From Antedon mediterranea (Eukaryota; Animalia; Echinodermata): DNA of 64,000 nt. The stretch is taken from NCBI RefSeq assembly GCF_964355755.1, contig NC_092671.1:33862304-33926303 (forward strand), in the 5' to 3' direction. The position numbers and the translations under genes were made by a program. Below the pieces are notes generated by a model. That model was not told the origin of the DNA and made no database searches. It saw only the letters and a program-made list of their open reading frames with translations. Shown in pieces: positions 37,303 to 52,300 of this stretch; position 1 is the stretch's first letter; every line of letters starts with the position of its first letter.

Positions 37303-40300
37303 TAAGCAGAATGTGTATGTATTTGTCTGGTTTATATATAGTAATTGAATAAATACTTTTTGAAAATTATAGTATTTTAGCCTTATTTTTGTGTTTGTTT
37401 TTATCTATGAGGTATCCTTTGATGTAATCTTTTAGAGAAGCAATCGTTTCTGATGTCTTAAGTAGAAACTACTGAAACTTCTGTCACTACAGATCTAAAA
37501 ACCCAGCAAATACATTGCCTAATATTATACATTTCATGAGATGTATTCACATAACATGTAGGCCTACTACAGTATATCGTGCATTTAATGTACAGCGTGG
37601 ATTTAAATATGCACATAAAGTACACCAAACATTTTGAAATTAACGTACATCATTCATTTACAGTCATGCATTGCAGTATAGTATATCATGCAATAACATT
37701 ATCATGCATTGCAGTACAGTATAACATGCATTTACAGAATCATCAGTACAGTATATCTTGCATTTGCAGTATCATACATTACAGTACAGTATATCTTGCA
37801 TTTACAGTATCATGCATTACAGTACAGTATATCATGCATTACAGTACAGTCTTGCATTTACAGTATATCATGCATTACAGTGCAGTATATCTAACATTTA
37901 CAGTATATCATGCATTTACAGTATCATACATTACAGTACAGTATACCTGTCACAAGTGACATAAGTTTTGTATTTATTTTGCAAGTCATTCTTACTTTTC
38001 CTTTTGTTTTCATTATTTAAACCTTTCTTTTGTTTTAGGAAACTATTGTTTGAAGCCAGTGGAGCAGAGTGTTTGTGTGAAGAGAAGGAGTGTGTGGAGG
38101 TTGCTGATTGGAGGAGAGGTTTAAGAGTTGAGTTGGTGTGTGAGTTGCTGATTGGTTGAGAAGGATAAGGTGGTGGTATGTGTGCAATTGAGGGAAGGTT
38201 GAGAGGGAGATGGACATTGAGAGGAGACAGAGAAGGAGGGCTATGTTAGGTTATGATAAGCCAGAAAGGAAATAAAGTGATATACATGAAGTTAATAAAT
38301 TGTGCGTTGGAAATGGTTATGCTGAAATAGAGCTGAAGCAGAAAGGAAATAAAGTGATATACATGAAGTTAATAAATTGTGCGTTGGAAATAGTTATGGT
38401 GATATAGAGCTGAAGCAGAAAGGAAATAAAGGGATATACATGAAGTTAATAAATTGTGAGTTGGAAATAATTATGGTGATACAGAGCTGAAGCAGAAAAT
38501 AGAGCTGAAGCAGGAAGGAAATAAAGTTATATACATGAAGTTAATAAATTGTGCGTTGGAAATATTTATGGTGATATAGAGCTGAAGCAGAAAGGAAATA
38601 AAGTGATATACATGAAGTTAATAACTTGTGAGTTGGAAGTAATACTATAAGGCAGTGCAGAAAGACATCAAGAAACATTTTAACTTTATAGGCCTATTTC
38701 ATTTATTTATATGTCAGAAAATAGTTGCAGTTTGAGAAGAATTATAATTGGGAATACAAGCAGAACGGGAGCAGAGGCGTGGGAGTTGTTTAGTTGCAGA
38801 ATCGTTTTAACTGTTATCTTTCTAATTTGTTTATGTGTCAGCGTAGGAGAAAAGGCCAGAAGGAACGATATTGTGGACATTGATTATTGTTTAATTATTC
38901 ATCTTGTGATATTATTGTATTTGGAAGGGGGGTCTCTGGGATTTATTTGACAATAAGACGATGATGTTGATATTTTGTCTGGAAGGATTGGGAATTTGGG
39001 AAAGTGTATAAATTGTGTGGGGAATAGGGATACTGTATCATTGTTTGAGAATTGGTTGGTTTTTTTTTGTGGTTTTTTTTTTGGGGGGTTTGGATTATAA
39101 AAGGAAGAATTGTTTGTCAAAGATTATTAAATTTACTTTTTACATTTATATGTGTACAGTTGTGGCTATTTACCGTTGTTTACCGGTGGTTACCAGATAT
39201 TACATGCATGCATACCATGCATTTACAGTATATCATGCATTACAGTACAGTATATCTTACATTTACAGTATATCATGCATTTACAGTATCATGCATTACA
39301 GTACAGTATATCATGCATTTACAGTATCATACATTACAGTACAGTATATCTTGCATTTACAGTATCATACATTACAGTACAGTATATCTTGCATTTACAG
39401 TATATCATGTATTTACAGTATCATGCATTACAGTACAGTATATCATGCATTTACAGTATCATACATTACAGTACAGTATATCATGCATTTACAGTATCAT
39501 ACATTACAGTACAGTATATCTTGCATTTACAGTATACCTTGCATTTACAGTATATCATGCATTACAGTGCAGTATACCTTGCATTTACAGTATATCACGC
39601 ATTTAAAGTACTAGATGGTACGCTCGCTTTGCTCGCGTACCATCTAGGTCGTGCCCCACAGATGGTTCTCGAATACATAATAATTTCAGCGCTAAAAAAC
39701 TGGCGATTTCAAATGTACGTACCCCAGGACAATAATACATGTCGTTTAGGCCTACAAGAACATATAAATATACACTGTGATTTATGTACTCAACTAAAAT
39801 TAGCACCCTGGGAATTACTTCCGAAAGAGAAAAATTGTTTAAGTCAAATTTAAACAAACTTAATTTGTAACATAGGGTTGAGGGATGGGGAAAAGGATGG
39901 GTGCAAAAAGGAACAAATCAAAAATTCGATTTAATCGTCAATAAATATTAAATTATCTAACTCAAGTTAATTAGTAGGCCTAATGGTTTTAAATTGTTTC
40001 TTAGAGCCAATTCATACTTAAGTTGGTTCCTACCCTACCCACCAAAGTTGTTCTGCGTTTAGGGCATGCGGTGCACCGTAGGCCTATCCTCTACTACTGG
40101 CTTTACAACGCTACTCATGCAAGTAAGGGAAGGGTGATGATGTGGGTGGTTTAACTGTAATAATTAAGATTTGTACATAATATAGGGCGACTGAAAACGC
40201 TAGCTCATTATCCGTTAAAAAAAAAATCTATATCCAACCTTTTTTGAAAAAAAAAATTGATCGAATATCTGTTATGAGTATACAATACAGTACTTGCCTT

Positions 40301-43300
40301 TACGACGCCTGAGGGAATAGACACTTGTGGAACAGAGACTGGAATGTTCCATTCATCGCAAATTAATACATTTGTATAAACGTATATTAAATCTATCAAA
40401 ATAGCATTTTTTAAAGAAAATCGGCCTGTCTTCAACATTATGATGCTGTACTCTAGCTGTTCAACTGGTTTTCAGCGATTAAAAACAATTATCGTAGGAG
40501 GAGATAGGAAAATGCGAAGCATCCTCGTATTATTGTATGCGGGTATTTTTCAAGAAGGACATGCATTAGACAGTGTATACCACGATCGGAAAACACCCAT
40601 ATTTGGAGCAAATCGTTGAACTTTAATTCGTTTTAATCGTCAATAACTAATTATCGAACTCAATTTAATTAGTAAACAGGGTTACATCAGGTGGTTAAAA
40701 TCAGTATCGAAAGTACGAACTAACTTTATATACCATCAAGTAAACATTCTAGAAATAACGCGCGATTTACTGAATTTTGCCCTTACGTAAATTTATATAT
40801 AGATATCATTTATTTAGAGTATAGGGGCCTATACTACGCATTTACAGTATATCATACACTACAGTACATCATGCATTTAAAGTGTATATGCTCTGCCATA
40901 TTTGATTGTTGTACGTGTTTCATTTGTATGTCTAACAGTTGTTTAAAGGACCTCATTGGAATTAGGTTGATTTTTATTTCATTTCATTTCTTGTATTTAG
41001 TCTCACATTATAACAAAAAATAACAAACAATAGAGAGAGAGAGACAGGATTCCCAAAAGCGAACTAAATCAAACTATCAAGTGGGTCTCCAAAACAATAC
41101 ATAATCCTCCAACAATAAATACAAAATTACAACATTTAAAACAACGACTTTATGTGCTATACTTTTGGTTTATTGTTGAATGTATTTGCTTGCAAATTGT
41201 TTGTATTCATATTTTCTTGTAATCTTGTGTTGAAACCAAAAAAAATCAAACAAATTAAATACCATTTACATGTCATTACCTATGATTGCAATATAAAATG
41301 TGGTAACAGCATAATTCCCAGCACCATCGGCGGCAACGCAGTTTACAGTATGGTTTCCAATTCTGAAGACATGTCCTGGGACGTGTGTGCAGTTAATTGT
41401 TGGAGTGTCCTCTGAGTTGTCTCGTGCAATATCTATAACTGACCACCATGCAGGTGCTGTTGGTAAACCTTGATCCGTGTTGATCATCATGTTACTTGGT
41501 CCATTGAAGAATATTGGTTCCTCATTATCTGAAAAAAATGTTATTTCTTTTTGGTCAAATGTCAGCACTTTAATAATTCAGTTGGAAATCCTTGCTGACA
41601 GTAAACAACCGTTTCATAAGTAAAAATAAAGCAGACAGTACAACACCTTATTTTACTAGTGATAATGATGTTTAAAAAGTCTTACCAACAATTGTTATTG
41701 AAAATCCACATTGTGCCTCATTGTCACTTGAATCCGTAGCGAGATAAAATACTTCGTGAATTCCAAGGCGAAATACGTCGTTTGAGTAATAGGTTTGGCT
41801 TATCAGTGGATTGGCACCCGAGTTGTCTGACGCTGTAGGGTCGCTCCAGACAACGTTAGTTGTTGGCAGAAGAGTGTCAGTCGGTACAGAAATATTGGTG
41901 GGACAGTTTGAGAATACAGGAGATTCATTGTCTATGATAAATTAAAGACAGTAATTAATAATTGTACAGTATTAATTGAAAGGTGTTTCACTAACTCTTT
42001 GTTGAATATACAATAACATTAGATCGAATACTAACCTATCACTGTCACTTTAAACTCACAGGTTGCTGTGTTTCCAGAGTTGTCTGTCGCTGTAAATTCT
42101 ATAGAAGTCTCACCGATTGGATAATTTCCACCAACAAGAGTCGCGTTATCGATAACTGGGTCGATTAAACTATTATCAGTGGCTTGTATCGCATTCCACG
42201 CCGTAGAACCAATTGCAGCACCAGGAAGTGTATTGACAACAATATCAGAATGGCAGTTGGTAAAAACCGGTGGAGTTACATCTGTAACGTTACAGAAAAT
42301 AATGGAAAGAAAAAGTCAACTTCTTATGAAATATAATCAGTCAAAGTTTTTTTTTTTAATATCGTCATGACCATCAGATTGAATGATTTTATTTTAAAGA
42401 TAAACTTTAGTCTCAATTTATTTACCAGATAACGAATAACTCACTTTCAATAGTCTGACGGTACACAACTACAGTACATACGTCACAGCATTACATACTT
42501 ACCTTCTAATCTGACTATAAATTGGCATTGCATTTCCAGACCACCCTCGTCTGTTGCAGTGACGGTGACAGTCGTATCACCCAAAGGAAATCTTTGACCA
42601 TTGGTATGAGTACTAGTAACACTTGGTGGAACGCCAGAATTATCAGAGAAAGTAGGATTTTGCCAAGAAACAGATCCCTTCGAGTCTGAGGGTAATACAC
42701 TACCTTCTACAACGTCTGGACAGAACCCAACTGTAGGTGGCTGGTCATCTAAAGAGAAAATCAGATTTTGAGCTACATCCTTATAACAAAAATATTTGAA
42801 AAAAAACCTTTTTTTCTATAACTATAGGTACCGATTTGGTTTGACGAACATGTTTTGACACCTCGACATAAAGCGTTTTTTACCGGTTACGCTGACATCG
42901 TAAGTACACTGATTCTGATTGTTAGCGGCATCGGTGGCTGTGCAAGTAATCGTTGACACTCCAATAGGCATGTTCCTTAAACCAGATTGATCACATGAAA
43001 ATGATGTAACTCCAACGTTATCAGAGGCTGGGGGATCTTCTAACGTTATTGCAGCGTGAGGTTGGTCAGTGTCTGTTGACAAATCAGTAATTTCAGTTGA
43101 GCATGCAATTACGGGGGGTTCTGCATCTGCAAGAAAGTCGAATAGGTGAACGGATTAATGTCATTCTGTGATTGTAACGTTTGCATACCATTTTAAAACA
43201 CCCAAAATATACACACATTTAATTTGTTTATGCTTTTAAAAACAGCATATTTGTTAAATACAAAAAAAAATGAATACAGAAGAAAAATGGTAGCTTACAG

Positions 43301-46300
43301 GGTGTAATCGAAAATTTAACATATATGAATATATTATTATGTGTAAATATAGTGTAAACTTACCAATGACGGTGACATCATAACGACACCCAGTATAAGT
43401 ACACCAGCCTTCATCGGAAACGTACAACTGGACAGTGTACGTTCCCACACCTACTACATCACCAGGGCATATATAGTCAGTCGCTATTCTGCAAGAGTTC
43501 GTAAACAAACCAGAATTATCTGATATAATAATCTCGGGCTGGTATACCATCGTATTTGAACCTGACGGTAGGTTATGTGATTCATCCGTACATTCGGGAC
43601 TTGATATCACCACATCCTCCCAATCTGCAAAATAATGTAAATATGTAAGCATAAATCTTGATATGATGAACGCTTCTGAGCGACTTAGTATTATTTTAAG
43701 TGTATGTTTTAAGGCTATGTTTGTTCACGGGTTTGTTCCAAGTAATCACACAAAAGTCACGCTTGTGCCGGTAATTAAATCTAAATCAGGGAATATCACT
43801 GATAAAGGGAATTATCGGCCAATAGCTTTGGCATGTGTAGCTTCTAAACTTCTAGAGTCATTGTGGTAATTCACTGGACTCCCATGACAAACAGTTTGAC
43901 TTCAAATCTGGTAACTCAACCGAATTGTGTATATTTGCTCTTAAACAGATTATCGAGCATTACAACAATCATGGTAGCCCAGTTTATTGCTGTTTCTTGG
44001 ACGCTAGCAAAGCCTTAGATAAGGTGAACCACTGGACACTTTTCAAGACCCTAATTGACAGGGGTACCCCTTCACCTGTAGTTAAGATACTGAGGTCATG
44101 GTATAGGAATCAGGAATTTGTCAGGTGGGGAAGTTCCGTTTCCGATTCTTTCACTGTTCGTAATGGAGTTCGCCAGGGAGGCGTTATGTCCCCTCTACTT
44201 TACAATGTGTACACTGATCCGTTAACTGTTGAGCTGACTAAGTCAAAAGAAGGTTGTGAAATTAACAGTCTTAAACTGAATTGCCTAAGCTTTGCCGATG
44301 ACTTGGTCCTTCTGGCTCCGTCAGTGACTGGCTTACAAAGCCTAATTGGACTCTGTGAAGGTTTTGGTAGTGACCATGATATTACTTTTAATGAAACCAA
44401 ATCCAAATGATTGCTATTTTGCCCGAAAGTCCGCAACCTCAAAGGTGTTTTACATATTACCTTAAATTGGGCACCTCTAATCGTTGATAAATCAATAACC
44501 TATCTTGGTCATGTGATCAGTAATAACCTGAGTAATGAAAGTGACATCAAACGTCAATATCGATCTATTTGCATTAGGGCCAACTCTCTAAATAGAAAGT
44601 TTGGAAAATGTTCTACTAAGACTAAATGTTAACTATTTAAGAGTTACTGTGTCAGCATGTACTGTTCAACCTTATGGTGTAGATATAATAAGAGCACTCT
44701 GAGATTACTGAAAGTATGTTATAACAATGCCTTACGTTTGCTGCTGAAGCAGCCTAGACATTGTAGTGCAAGCATGACGTTTGTCTTAAATGACGTCCCA
44801 TCCTTAGACGAGTTCATTAGAAAATCTGTTTTTAGTTTTAAAAATCGTGTGAATGCAAGTAGTAATTCCTTGATCATGACCATTAATCGCCACGTTCTTA
44901 ATGTATCAAGAATGCACATACAATGGAATGCTTTGTTGCATTGACTTTATATCTTTACATATCTTTGTTTTTGTTCTATGAGCTGTAAGATTAATATTTT
45001 TTTTCTCTCTTTTGCTATGGATATAATATTATGTCACTATGATACTCCGAAATAAAAAGATAAATGAATAGCGTGATGACACACGGATGTTGATATCCCC
45101 TAAACTTTTGACTGAATTTTGATTGACAAATTGGCTTCATAAAAACAGAAACCACAGAATATTGTACAGAACTTGTCACAGCCAATCATAAGATCAAATG
45201 ACAAGGCACGCTCAGCATTAATAATCAGAAATAAATTGAATGAAAAGTATACAATAGAAATAATATATTATCATTTTTTGTATTGTAGACGCGCCTATTT
45301 TCATTTTCAGTAAATTAACAACACGTGACCGTATGTTTTCTGTTGCAATTATTACAAGTTGTTTAATCAATAATTTTCAAAAAACTGATTATTATAATGG
45401 AGATTTCTTTTTGTAAACACCACCATCATATAAAAAATGTTAGTTTCAGAAAGTGCATAATTTATAGGCATACCATCAACATATACAGAGAATTTGCAAT
45501 AGCCTGTAGCTCCATTAAGCGTCGCTGATATTTCAACTAGAGTTACACCAAGAAGAAAGTTGTCGCCAGGTTGATGAGAGCTGGTGATCGGTATATCTTG
45601 ACCATCAATTTGAACAACTGGTGCAGTCCATGTTACACTTGCGTAGTTGACACCACTGTCTGTTTCCGTAATAATGTTTTCGGGACAAGAACTTTCAAAC
45701 GCACTACCAAAGTCAGGGGAGGAAGAAGTGCCTTAAAAAAAACCATAAATAAAATATGATAAGCTGCCTGTAATGAGCATTTAAATTGAAAATAAATTTT
45801 CCGCAATTTGCCAAGAACAGAGTTAATTTAGAACCATAAAACGCCAAATTATACTACTGCATTTGTGACGGTGATTATATTGATTGGGTAAACCTTGGAT
45901 TACGAATATTCTATAATCCATGGGTAAACAAACGTGTATGAGCTATTCGCATTATTTTAACTCTGAGTCAACACATTTTGGCACTGCATCTTTCTATTGT
46001 TTCAGTATACAGTTTCCCAATTTATTCTTATTAATCAACAGCGTATAAATAACACATAATGAAAATATGGACAGAGTATAAGCATGTACATAATTAATAA
46101 AAAATAATATTGAAACGTAAGAAAGCTTAAAGTGGAGCTCCACCCAGAAAATTACTATTTTTCATACATTTCAACTATTATTTAAAAATATCATCCGTCA
46201 TACTTCATATTTTTTTGAAATTTTTTCAATGAGTACGATTTTCTTGAAAATCACGCCTTTTTGAGTTTTTGGGGGATACCTTGTAATTTCCTATTCTTTT

Positions 46301-49300
46301 ACATGCAAAAGAGGGGTATATTTGAATAATCCTAAAAAATTAATTTCTTCACAAAAAAAAAAATTTAAAAAGCCTTTTCATGTAATTTTTCCAGATCTTT
46401 CTATTTCTGGTATTTTTTATCGCGTATACATTGCGCAATTTTGTGTAAATAGACACTTTCCCCGTTCGGGTCCAATTGGGTTTTTTATTTTGCTAGGGAG
46501 TCTGATCACGTGACATTTTTCACAATCACACTAGCAGCTGGCGATCTGTTATTTTGTCGCGATATTATTTTTGACGGGCGAAAAGTATATTGAAACATTC
46601 TGAATGTGACCCTATCATGTTTCATAGTGTAATAATGTGATTATGAGACTATTACTAAAATGTCAAATTTAACGAGATTTGAGAAAGACGGCTATATATT
46701 CAATAAAGCTAGGCCTAGGCCTACCAGATGCTGCGTGGCCTCTAGCTAGGCTGACAGCAGTGAAGTTTGTTCTGTTGAAACCCAACTTCGGCCTACCCAT
46801 GGGCCATGATAGGGTGCCTGAAAAGTTGATCGCTTTACTACTCTTGTTCTGTATAGGATTTTGTGTTTCACAATTCTTGTGAATGTGCGAGAAAACCCAG
46901 GAACGATAAATGGGGCGAAACGACCAAGAATTTTCAAACCCATGAATGCCATAGGCTTAGACAAAAATTCAAGGCTAGCTAGGCTGAGCAGACGGCTTAG
47001 CTAGGCCTAGGCCTAGCTTAAAGTTAATAAGCAATGATAAGATTAATTATGCTTTTGTTGTACATTGCAAATAATGAGGTTATACATGTAAATTATACTG
47101 ACATTTTTATCGTAAATATTACTTAGGCCTAAACAAATCGTATTAATTGTGTGTATAAAATTTATTCCCCATTTTTCGACACATAATTTACCAAAGGGGA
47201 GACAGTTCACCGGCGACTAAACGCGTCAGTCACTAAGTGTAACGCGTTTCGCGACGTATTGTAAACTAAGCCCCTAAGTTACTGAAAAAGTGTAATGTAT
47301 TAAAAAACACTATTTTCTAACTGATTTTTTAGAAATGGGTTTTTGAAAAATATTTCCGTGTTTTCCCTGTTTTTTTTTGTGTAATCAGTTTCAATTAAAC
47401 ATACTTAAACATAATATAAGCTGAGAAAGTCTGAGTGTAGCTCCACTTTAAGCAAATATAAAGTTATATAACAAATCAGAGCAGGGAAATTAAGATTAGG
47501 CCTGATCTTTTTTTTTACACGATCCTGGGTGTTTTTTTACGAGTTAAAGAGTGATCTGATAATAAAAAAATGTGTTTACTGATGGGTTGTTTGCAGAGAC
47601 CACAACGTCCATGACTACATCCAACCTCTTCCCAGTCATAGCTGAGATGGCTTTCTATTGAGTGACATAATTCCCACCAAACACTTTCCAGGTCATCAGC
47701 GTCATCAATAAAGTCAACTGGAGTACCATCAGTCCAATCTAGTTCTACATCAGTAAGCCTACCAAACGTTTGCGCCACTGCTACAAGACCAATAAAAACA
47801 CTACCGTGCCCCGAGTCTGCACACAGTCCTTTTACAAATTCATTCTCTGCATTAGAATGAATCGATATAGGCTGAGCACCAATTTCCTGGCAATTGCTGA
47901 CGTAATCATCATAATCATTGTTGTTGCACTCCATTGTGTAGCAGTTGCCTTGATAAGTATCTCCGGTACATGCTTCAGGGGACTCTGTAAAAGCAGTCAA
48001 GAGTTGATTCATATGTTTTTATTGTACGATAAACTTGTACCAAAGGTAATTAAAAGTTAAATGATTCAATATGAATATTTTTTTAACTTTTCAAATACAT
48101 CAATTTATTCGATTATTATATACAGTGATTGGAATTTGCTTTATAGGTATTGATTTGTCGAAGATCGTAATAATCAATAATCAAGAGGCAGTTCAGCCGA
48201 AGATGCTATATGTATCACAAATCGGATATCTTCTGTTATATTTATGTCTGTTTATAAACACCCTCAGATGGCAACCTAAGTATAATACCACGTTCTATAG
48301 TCTAGTTTAAAAGCATTTTAAATTATACCAAATGTGTTAAATGTTACAAGTTAACTTGTTTTATTTGAAGCCCTCACTTTTAAACTTTAAAAGTATATAA
48401 AAATTAAAAAATTAATATAACCACTTTTACGAACTTAAAATTACTGAAAACTTGCAAACTGCTCGGTTGCATGAGTTGTCTGTATAAATGTGTGAAATCC
48501 GTGTAACTCCTGAAAAGAACTCGTCTGATTCGTACAAGACAATTTTGTCAAGATTGTTATCAATATAGTCTAAAGCCGTTGAATCTGGAATAGATACTGA
48601 TGATCTACTTGCTTCGCCATCATTTAAAGTTATATAAACGTCGTCAGGGCAATTCGTTATGTTCGGGATTTCATCATCTGGTGAAAAAGCAGTTGTGATA
48701 ACTTGATTTTAGTTTGTTACAATACAAAATATATGATGTACTGTAGGCCTTCTTTAAGCACGTTGTAAATGATAGCAGCCTACGTTGTGTGTTTGTAATT
48801 GTATTTTTGCAGAGTGTGTCTGTTATAGGTATGGTTAATCCTTTAACTATTACAGATACAACTGATTTATACATTATAAATTGAAATAAATTTGGACGAA
48901 ATGTCCTACCAATAAATCTAATTGCTTGATTATATTATACTCTATGTATAAAAAAGAGTTTGAAAAATGAGAAATCAAATGAAATAAAGGTACCTGAAAT
49001 TATCACTTTGAATTTACATGTTGCTTCTTGGTTTCCATCATAACTCCTTGCTATGACTTCTACATTAGTTTTGCCAAATTCAAAATAACTTCCACTCTGA
49101 TGTGTAGAGGATGACTCATATCCGTCTGCAACTGTTACTTGCCAGTAGATACGTTTACGATTTGTTCCAAGATCTGCTGGCTCTCTTTGATTACCAGGAC
49201 AATTAGTAAAACGAACGGCCGCCATACCTTTAAAAATGTGTAAAGTTGTATAAGGGTAACATCTGTCCAAAAGTAAGAAGGTGTATTGTATTAAAACAGC

Positions 49301-52300
49301 ATTTTTACTTCTTTTTTTATAGTATCAATTATAGTAGGCCTTTACAGAATTTCGCAATAAAATATAACCCAAATAAACTAATGCATGAGAAGTTGGATAC
49401 TGGAAAAACATAAAACATAATTCTTATTATAATAGTCACGTGCAAACCCCATGGTTTACCTAGAATATCAAAAGGTACTTACATAACTGACATGTTTTAA
49501 ACAGCAACAAGATCTGTGTAATAAATAAATAAATGATTATTACATTCTAAATTGATCTGAATCCATGTTTGTATTGTACTTTTACTGAGGTTTAAATTAT
49601 ATTTTGTAATATTTATTTTTAATCGTTTATACGAATTTTGCATTAATTTCACTTTATTTAGCAATTTCAAACCATTAAAATTTAGCATTTGATAAGTACA
49701 CTATAATCTTATAATGCAATATATATCATTGTACAATTATTATACCAAATCTCAATTTGTAATACTAAATGTAAATCTTTATACCGTTGTAGGTTCCGTA
49801 ATATAAATTTTCTCTGACTACTTAATTGTGTTATATTTAGATTTTAACACAATATCAACATATTTTGTACAATATAATCTATTAACCTATTGACCACAGA
49901 CTGCTGTGTAATATCATTTATATGTCTATTGTTCATCATACATTGTCAACTAAACTATATCATAGGTCAACATGGATCTATCAATAGGGAGGTTTTGCAA
50001 TCTTACGAATACGATAACGACAACGGATACGTCACGCACAGGTATTCGTTTTTCGTAATCCAGTAAAAATCTGTTTCGCATGGCAACAAAATATTGAGGG
50101 CGCCGTCCAAAATATGACTGCGGTAAATTTGAGCGAAGTGCAGATACGTGTTGCTTGGTGCTTGGCTGCCTAGGCCTAGCGTAACATCAAAGCGAGTGAA
50201 GACTTTAAAAACTGCTATTTATCAAAATTGACCTGGCATTTTAGTAAATTACTTTAGTAAATTACTTTCTTTTTTTTTTTTTTTTTTCAATAACTTTTAT
50301 TTTCTCCTTTTATCAAAAACATTACACTCAACAGAACGTAACAAAACGGAAAACCAAAGACGTTTGAGGACGTCGCATTATCTCAATCGTCATTCTCTTT
50401 TTTCATTATCTCTTTCAATGTTTGATATACTGTACCACAAATACCTCATCATAATCATTTCTTAAGTTAAACCAGGCTATAATAACCCCTTGTCAATAAT
50501 GATTACCAAGTTTTGCATTTTCAACTCTTATTCCTTAATTTAGTTTACAATACGTTTTTGATATGGACATTATACTTATTTCAATTTTTTGCAATATTAT
50601 TCTCCACAGTTTCAGAAAAGAAGAAAGAAAATCAAAGACGAGTGAGGACGTCACATTATAATATTTGATTAAATCACTATACCTCATCATAATCATTTCT
50701 TAATTTAAACCAGGCTATTATAACATATTAACAATAATAGTTACAAAGTTTTGCATTATCTACTCCTATACCTTGATTTGGTTTACAAAGTCAAATTCTT
50801 TTTCCCATAACCATAATTCACCAAAACAATATAAGAGAAATAAATTGTCAAATTTTACTAATGCGTTACAATGAATTATTTCAGTTGCTTATGGGTGTAT
50901 TTCATTCAATTGTCGTTATCTCTTTCTAATACTGGTTCCTATTTTTTAATATGGACATTATATTTATTTTTAATTTTTGCGATATTATTCTCCACAGTTT
51001 CTGTAAAGAGTACCCATCTTTTAAAGTGAATGAAGTTAAGAATAATTTCATTTATCTTGCATTTATATATATATCTCTTAGCAAGAAGTAAAATCATATT
51101 AACAAAAGTTGAATATTTATATTTTTAAAAAAATACCAAAACATATGTCTATATTATTTAATCTAATAGTGATGTCTAATTTCCTGAACCAATAAAACAC
51201 ATCATCCCACAATTTAGAAGTTTTCTCGCCAGATCGTATTAGAAATTCTACTGTTTTTTGTTTTTTTTTTTCCTTACCACAAATAGAACATTTATCATCT
51301 TGAACCAGGCCAATTCTGTGCAGTAACTTATTTGTGAAAAGAATTATATGTATAAATCTGAACTGCAGGAATCGTGTTTTAGTGTCAGGATTACATTCGT
51401 AAGGCATCCTATAAATTAAACTCCAATCAACATTAAAAAGATCAGAAAAGGAAAAGAAGAAGAAAGAAAATCAAAGACGTGTGAGGACGTCACATTATAA
51501 TATTTGATTAAATCACCATACCTCATCATAATCATTTCTTAATTTAAACCAGGCTATTATAACATATTAACAATAATAGTTACAAAGTTTTGCATTATCA
51601 ACTCCTATACCTTGATTTGGCTTACAAAGTCAAATTCTTTCTCCCATATACATAATTCACCAAAACAATATAAGAGAAATAAATTGTCAAATTTACTAAG
51701 GCGTTACAATGAATTATTTCATTTGCTTATGGGTGTATTTCATTCAATTGTCGTTATCTCTTTCTAATAATGGTTCCCATTTTTTAATATGGACATTATA
51801 TTTATTTTTATTTTTTGCGATATTATTCTCCACAGTTTCTGTAAAGAGTACCCATCTTTTAAAGTGAATGAAGTTAAGAGGAATTTCATTGATCTTGCAT
51901 TTATATATATATCTCTTAGCAAGAAGTAAAATCATATTAACAAAAGTTGAATATTTATATTCAAAAATACCAAAACATATGTCTATATAATTTAATCTAA
52001 TAGTGATGTCTAATTTCCTGAACCAATAAAACACATCATCCCACAATTTAGAAGTTTTCTCGCAAGACCACATTAGATGCATTACTGATTCTTTTTCCTT
52101 ACTACAAAGAGAACATTTATTATCTTGAATCAGGCCAATTTTGTGCAATAACTCATTTGTAGGAAGAATTCTATGTATAAATCTGAATTGCAGGTACTGT
52201 GTTTTGGTATCAAGAGTACATTCATAAGGCATCCTATAAATTAAATTCCAATTAACCTTAACAAGATTAGGCTCTTGGTTAAATTCATTACTCCATTTTC

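Noticed and set aside
38262-38640. CRISPR-like appearance of regularly spaced repeats
   Set aside because: The units are contiguous ~77-bp tandem copies without unique spacers. The context is a eukaryotic intron with no cas genes.
37579-39853. Overlapping 60-233-aa ORFs with HLQY/ITVQY/YSTV repeats
   Set aside because: These are translations of a stop-poor minisatellite, open in several frames, with no splice or domain evidence.
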